A DNA stretch of 63,116 nucleotides, the filler included, from Thraustochytrium aureum (taxonomy: Eukaryota), in assembly GCA_012862495.1 (NCBI GenBank). It is 5 parts of 4 records of this genome, joined end to end, with 100 filler letters (N's around TTAATTAATTAA, not from the genome) between each part and the next. Parts side by side here need not be neighbours in the genome. Positions count along the whole stretch, not along the records: positions 57,431 to 63,116 come from BLSG01000341.1; 4 more parts are not named here. One strand, given 5' to 3'. This document shows, in pieces, positions 58,163 to 63,116 of the stretch (position 1 is its first letter; the number at the start of each line of letters is the position of its first letter). A model generated the notes under the pieces. It searched no databases. It saw only the letters and a list, made by a program, of their open reading frames with translations, and was not told the DNA's origin. Position numbers and translations under genes: made by a program.

Positions 58163-60570
58163 TGTCGCTCCACCCACCAGGCCAAGACCAAGACCACCTC
58201 AGCAAACATTTCATCGAAAACACCCGCGCGAGCCTCCAGCTGAACGACAAGCTGCGCCTCCTGCTCTGTGAAGAAAGCGATATCAATGTCGCGACTATCG
58301 TCGTGATCGGGGACCAGAGCCATGGCAAGAGCTCGGTCCTGGAGGCATTGAGTGGCGTCGAGCTCCCTCGTGGTGAGGGCATGAAGACCAAGCTACCTCT
58401 GGTCCTCAAGCTGCGCGCGGCTGGGGGAGAAAGCGAGGAGCGTGCCGAGGCCAAGCTCGCCAATCAAGACAGGGGCACCTTTGCTCTGCGCGAGGTCGCG
58501 ACCAAGGTGGAGGAGCTCACCGATGAGTTGGTGTCTGGGCGAAACAAGATTTGCGAGACCGAGATCGAGCTTACCGTCTACCGAAGTGACCAAGCCGAAC
58601 TCGACTTGATCGACCTCCCCGGCATCACCCGCGTCGCCACAGCTGAATCGAGCGGGTCCGACATCGAGGCCCAAATCATCAAGCTGTACAAGCGCTACAT
58701 GTCCCCCCCGGAGACCGTCTTGCTCAACGTCGTGTCAGCGGGGACGGACACGGGCAACAGCAAAGCGTTTTCCATGTCTTTGGAGCTCGATCCAAAGCGA
58801 GAGCGGACGCTACTGTGCTTCACCAAAGTCGAGGGCATCGAGCCGGTGCGCTTAAACCAACGCATCGAGGGCGACCTGGGCCGGGACAAGTTCAACCTTG
58901 ACCCGGCGAACGTATTTTGCCTACGCAATCGTAGCCCAGCAGAGACTGAAGCTGGCTTGACGCTGGCAGGCGCTGCCGAATTGGAGTACAAACTCTTCTC
59001 TTCCGACTTTGGACAGGCGCTGGAGTCCTGCCCAAACTTGGGCCGCACGCGTCTCGCACAGCGTCTCTCCGAAATTCAAGACGAGCGGATTCGAGCAACC
59101 TTGCCGGGTACGATGGAAAAGATCAAGCAGCGTCTCGAAGTGCGCAAGAGCAAGCTCGCTGCGCTCCCGCAAGCGCTGTCGAGCCCTGCGGAGTGCGTTC
59201 GCAAATTGGTCGAAATGGTCTGGCGCTGGTCCGTCGAAATGGCCGACCAGCGGACTGGGCGAGCTTTCAAGCCTACGAGGCCCATTGAACGCATTTCGTT
59301 GGCCATAAATCAACTTGACACCCAGCCCAAGGTCGCAAACCGCGACGCGTGGCAAGTATCGGTCACCTGGGACAAGAATTCGCTGGTCGTTGACCTCAAC
59401 GCCACACACACGTCGAGCTGCACCGTCTCTTTCGAGCAAAACCCTGGGAATAGTGATGACGATGTTGGCAAGCTCGACCAAGTTCATGGTACTCTTGAAA
59501 TTCGCAGGCCCGAAGCGAAGTCCGAGTGCAGCGACAGCAGGTCCGAAGCGGAGTCCGAGCGCAGCGACAACGATGACACAGCTCACAACACTGGGGATGC
59601 CACATTCGGAGGTCGCTTCATTATCCCGTCCAGGGAATGGACCGAAGGCCGACTCAGTGTTTTTCTCCAAAGGTCTACTGAAGCTCGAGCGCAGTTCGTG
59701 AGCTCTGCCGAGTTTGCGAGCAAAACGGACGAGTTCGCGGCCGAAATGCGCGACAACAATACCAACGCCTTCTTCTTTTCCACGAGCTTCTACAATGTCA
59801 TGCTCAAGCGCCACCGCGATGTCCGTGGTCATGAGGCCCTCCCTGGAGCCACGCCTTCGGCCGTCGGAGTGGCCATGGCTCGCGAATTGCAACAGGAACT
59901 CCGCCCAATCACCGACGCGTTTGTTGGCGCTGTGTTCGAGGACACGCAAGCCAACGTAAACGCCGCCCTTGCTAGGCACCTCGGCGCCTACCCGAGGCTG
60001 CTTGAATCTGCGATCCGAGCTGCAAAGTCTTGCCTTCGCGAGGCACAGGAAGAGCTTCAGACGAACCTAGAAGTGGGCTTCGAGCTCTTCGACCAGGTTC
60101 TGCTCCCCGACCACTATGTCTTCTTCATTATGGACAACCTGCGAAAGCGCATCCGTTCCGTTTCAGATGAAGGCGAGTCGTTCGGTTCCGTTTCAGATGA
60201 AGGCAAGTCGTTCGGTTTTCTGAACGCTCAAGTCTATCGAACCATGGGTAGCTTTGAGCGAAGCGTGCTTGATGACATCGTTCGGCTCGCCGCATACTGG
60301 AAGGCCATGGTCAAGGACGCCACCGCACATATTGTCCGGCTCGTCAAGCACTTCTTGCTGTCGGAAAAGCTCGAGTCCAAAATTGCATTGGCGATCAACC
60401 GCACCGACCCAGACGAACTCCTCGAGCTCATGAGGCCGCACGTCTCACAGGTTCGCGCGCGGGAGGAACTGGAGTCCCGTGTCAGCAAGCTCGAGAGCGC
60501 CGAGCGCGAGTACCAAGAATACAAGGTCATCGCCAAAGACACGAAGAGGGGCCAACTTTGGGGCCACTGA
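58162..60570 (+). CDS. Mx-like / DRP4-like dynamin-superfamily GTPase
   Basis: G1 IVVIGDQSHGKSSVLEALSGVELPRGEG, G3 DLIDLPGITR, G4 FTKVE, stalk RGHEALPG, RLAAYWK, GED-like ELMRP..REELESRVSKLESA. No PH or PRD domain; intronless. Confidence 0.88.
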   Translation: MSLHPPGQDQDHLSKHFIENTRASLQLNDKLRLLLCEESDINVATIVVIGDQSHGKSSVLEALSGVELPRGEGMKTKLPLVLKLRAAGGESEERAEAKLANQDRGTFALREVATKVEELTDELVSGRNKICETEIELTVYRSDQAELDLIDLPGITRVATAESSGSDIEAQIIKLYKRYMSPPETVLLNVVSAGTDTGNSKAFSMSLELDPKRERTLLCFTKVEGIEPVRLNQRIEGDLGRDKFNLDPANVFCLRNRSPAETEAGLTLAGAAELEYKLFSSDFGQALESCPNLGRTRLAQRLSEIQDERIRATLPGTMEKIKQRLEVRKSKLAALPQALSSPAECVRKLVEMVWRWSVEMADQRTGRAFKPTRPIERISLAINQLDTQPKVANRDAWQVSVTWDKNSLVVDLNATHTSSCTVSFEQNPGNSDDDVGKLDQVHGTLEIRRPEAKSECSDSRSEAESERSDNDDTAHNTGDATFGGRFIIPSREWTEGRLSVFLQRSTEARAQFVSSAEFASKTDEFAAEMRDNNTNAFFFSTSFYNVMLKRHRDVRGHEALPGATPSAVGVAMARELQQELRPITDAFVGAVFEDTQANVNAALARHLGAYPRLLESAIRAAKSCLREAQEELQTNLEVGFELFDQVLLPDHYVFFIMDNLRKRIRSVSDEGESFGSVSDEGKSFGFLNAQVYRTMGSFERSVLDDIVRLAAYWKAMVKDATAHIVRLVKHFLLSEKLESKIALAINRTDPDELLELMRPHVSQVRAREELESRVSKLESAEREYQEYKVIAKDTKRGQLWGH

Positions 60571-60891
60571 AAGCGCGGTCCGCTGCACGAGGGTTCGTTC
60601 GGGTGGAGACGAGAACAACAAACCGCAGCAATGGCGACCCAAGCCAACCCAAGCCAGCTTATACCTTCTCTATTACTGATCCGAACCCCCCAACCAACAC
60701 AACTCGCGCGCTCTTCGCGCATGAGGTGCGGCGAGGCGGCTCCCGAACGCGCTCAGATTCGCGCGAGGCGAGGCGCAGACGATCTCAATTTGATTTATCC
60801 AACAGTAACTTTTGCTCGAACATCCGGTCGGGGAAAAACCTGAACCTCCGACCTCGCGCGCAGCGTCGGTTTGCGAACAGTCCCATCCGCG

Positions 60892-61827
60892 ATGCTCGCT
60901 GCAAGGCTCTCGCGCGCCTGCCAACCGGCGCACTGGGGCCGGGGGCTCACCGTTCGCGCCAAGTCGACTCGGGCGGCACACTATGACCGTGTGCCAGCGA
61001 CGTACCACCAGGCGTGGTTCTACCAGAAGGAGAGCCCATACGAGAGGTGGCAGCTCGACCTCGTGAGCAAGACGTTCATGGAAGCTGCGCCAGACGGTCC
61101 CGCGCGGCGCATGGCGGACATCGGAGGTGGAACGGGCCGGTTTGCCCAGCTTTTGTTTGGCCGGCTTGGACTCCGCGAGCCAGTCCTCTGCGTCGACCCG
61201 TTCAGGAGCATGCTCGCAGAGGCCGAGAAGCACGCCGGGGTCGAGACGCTGCAGAAGGACGCTTTGTCGTTTGCCAGCGAAGCCCCTGCAGAAGCTTTCG
61301 ACTACATGCTGCTCAAGGAGGTTGTTCACCACCTTCCATTGGACAAGCTCGGCGAGATGTTTCGCGGCCTGCATCGTGCTGCGCGGCCAGGAGCTGCGTG
61401 CATCGTCGTCACGCGACCGAAGAATGACATTGACTACCCGTTCATGGGGAAGGCTCGTGAGGTGTGGCGCGCCAACCAGGAGCCCGCTTCAACCTACACA
61501 GCAGCGATGACGCGCGGTGGCTTTGCCAATTGCAGCGTTTCCGAGCACGCGTTTCGTGTGCAGATGCCGCTCGAGACGTGGATCAACTCAATCAGGCGCC
61601 GCATGTGGTCGACGTTCTCAGAGGACAACTTTTCGAATGCCGAGCTGAGCAAGGGGCTAAAAGAGATTCGTGAAACATACCCGGCAGACGCTGAGGGCAA
61701 TATTCGCTTCGAGGAGCGGCTCGTCCTCGTGCATGGGGAAAAGGCGGGGTCTCGTGCCGGCAACGCGTTGCGCCTGGCACGCGGTTTTCAAAATGCAACG
61801 AACAAGAGCTTTCACCTTTCGTACTAG
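60892..61827 (+). CDS. Class I SAM-dependent methyltransferase with possible mitochondrial presequence
   Basis: MADIGGGTGRF (motif I), CVDPFRSML, FDYMLLKEVVHHL, RPGAACIVV; Arg/Ala-rich N-terminus. Confidence 0.87.
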   Translation: MLAARLSRACQPAHWGRGLTVRAKSTRAAHYDRVPATYHQAWFYQKESPYERWQLDLVSKTFMEAAPDGPARRMADIGGGTGRFAQLLFGRLGLREPVLCVDPFRSMLAEAEKHAGVETLQKDALSFASEAPAEAFDYMLLKEVVHHLPLDKLGEMFRGLHRAARPGAACIVVTRPKNDIDYPFMGKAREVWRANQEPASTYTAAMTRGGFANCSVSEHAFRVQMPLETWINSIRRRMWSTFSEDNFSNAELSKGLKEIRETYPADAEGNIRFEERLVLVHGEKAGSRAGNALRLARGFQNATNKSFHLSY

Positions 61828-61896
61828 TAGAATAACCGCCTCTCGGCCTTGGTGCTCAAGCCGATCGCTGTGCGGCTCGCCACGTTGCGGACCGGC

Positions 61897-62775
61897 CTAC
61901 GTCGCGAGCAAGAGAAAGAGCCCCAGACCAAGGTGTGCAAGGCCGACCGAGGCGCGAGTGTTTGCCTTTGACGAGCGGGATGGGGCTACAGAGGGGGATT
62001 CAGTGGGCGGGGGCTGAAGGAACGCTGCCGGGTCAACGATCTCGCCCACGGAGATGTACAAGTAGGTGCCGTCGTCGCGGAGCTCGCTCCGCAATACTTT
62101 GTTGGCGACGTTCTCCGCGTCTTGAACAGCGCCACAGGTGGTCGAGCCTTCCCACAGCAACACCTCTGTCTTAGAGACAAGCGAGACCGAGTGGTTGCCG
62201 GCGAGTACGTCCCTGAACAGGTTGGTGCGGCAGCGGCCAAAGCGGCGGTGCACGGCCCCGCCAACGTAGGCCCACGTAAGGTTGAGGTGTGCTTTGGCGA
62301 AGTCTTCGTCCTTGCTCTTGAATATTGTCGCGCCGACGACGTCCGCGTCTGCGACAAGCTTTATCGTCGTATGTTCTGTCACGTTGAACTCTTGCAGTTC
62401 GGGGAAAAATGTCCAGCCGAGGCAGGACTTGAACCACGAGCGCCGCACGTCCGGGTTTTTGACTGGTCCCTCGCACAGCGGGTCGTCGTAGTAGTAGACC
62501 ACCGTTGAACCCGCCTTCATGCGGACATGCAATTCATCGCCTGCCCAAAAGCAGGTCTCATCGGAAGGCACCATGACCTCTGGAACGAGAGCCAGCTCTT
62601 CCTCGTACCACCAGAGTCCGTTCGGCAGGTCATGGTCGAAGGTGAACTCACTATCGAACTCGCTCAGCCGACACGTTAGGTCACCACGCAAGAAAAACAA
62701 GCCGTACCACTCCCTCTGCGCATGCGCGACGCCGGCCAGCGTGGCCGCGCAAACGGCGACCAACGATGCCCACAT
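61897..62775 (-). CDS. Hypothetical secreted, probably GPI-anchored surface protein
   Basis: Signal peptide MWASLVAVCAATLAGVAHA, paired Cys, PPTESPSVAPS linker and terminal hydrophobic tail (VGLAHLGLGLFLLLAT*). Confidence 0.7.
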   Translation of the reverse strand: MWASLVAVCAATLAGVAHAQREWYGLFFLRGDLTCRLSEFDSEFTFDHDLPNGLWWYEEELALVPEVMVPSDETCFWAGDELHVRMKAGSTVVYYYDDPLCEGPVKNPDVRRSWFKSCLGWTFFPELQEFNVTEHTTIKLVADADVVGATIFKSKDEDFAKAHLNLTWAYVGGAVHRRFGRCRTNLFRDVLAGNHSVSLVSKTEVLLWEGSTTCGAVQDAENVANKVLRSELRDDGTYLYISVGEIVDPAAFLQPPPTESPSVAPSRSSKANTRASVGLAHLGLGLFLLLAT

Positions 62776-63116
62776 ACTCGAGTACTCCTGTGGGTCGTGT
62801 TCGCCTTCGGCTCCGTGTCAGCGAAGGCAATCCCTTTGATGTGGGGTTGAGTGACTGCAGTCCAAGCATGCGTCGTCCCCCAGATCAGATGCAAAATGGC
62901 GCGATGTGATGTCGTTGCGTGGAGAGAACAAGTAGGTAGGTAGGTAGGTAGACTCTAAGTACTCATCCGGCCCACCGCCGATTGAACGCCTCGAACGAGG
63001 TTGGACGTTTCTGCGACAGTCGCCTTCTTTCTTCAGCCATGCACACGTGAGGCTGGCCACTGGCTCCTCGCTCGTTGCGTTCACCTACCCACTGTAATAC
63101 CCCTACTACTAGCTCT

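Noticed and set aside
202..63084. Many long antisense or overlapping ORFs
   Set aside because: These are expected shadow ORFs in high-GC coding DNA, Arg/Ala/Pro-rich and without motifs.

Overview
GC-rich, intron-poor eukaryotic (protist) nuclear DNA, not prokaryotic. Evidence: two canonical GT-AG introns, NPL4, a giant USP9X/USP34-type deubiquitinase, cytochrome b5 and RI-type LRR proteins. A thraustochytrid/labyrinthulomycete-like stramenopile is plausible but is inference only. The window is five scaffolds joined by artificial N44-TTAATTAATTAA-N44 spacers (19774, 31140, 40247, 57375), so adjacency across those points is meaningless. About ten genes carry single-base frameshifts, mostly at homopolymers, which are most likely sequencing errors. 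Most interesting: (1) a reconstructed spliced ~6.4 kb gene for a receptor-like protein (Cys-rich ectodomain, multi-TM region, cytoplasmic RI-LRRs); (2) an Mx-like dynamin GTPase with a ~140-aa domain inserted in the stalk and recent tandem duplications in its L1- and L4-equivalent loops; (3) a ~1670-aa membrane-anchored, bacterial-looking double glycoside hydrolase with a divergently oriented truncated paralogue; (4) an LRR + zinc-finger-array protein; (5) a secreted protein built of uncharacterised repeat modules. All family calls come from motif recognition by eye, not database searches.
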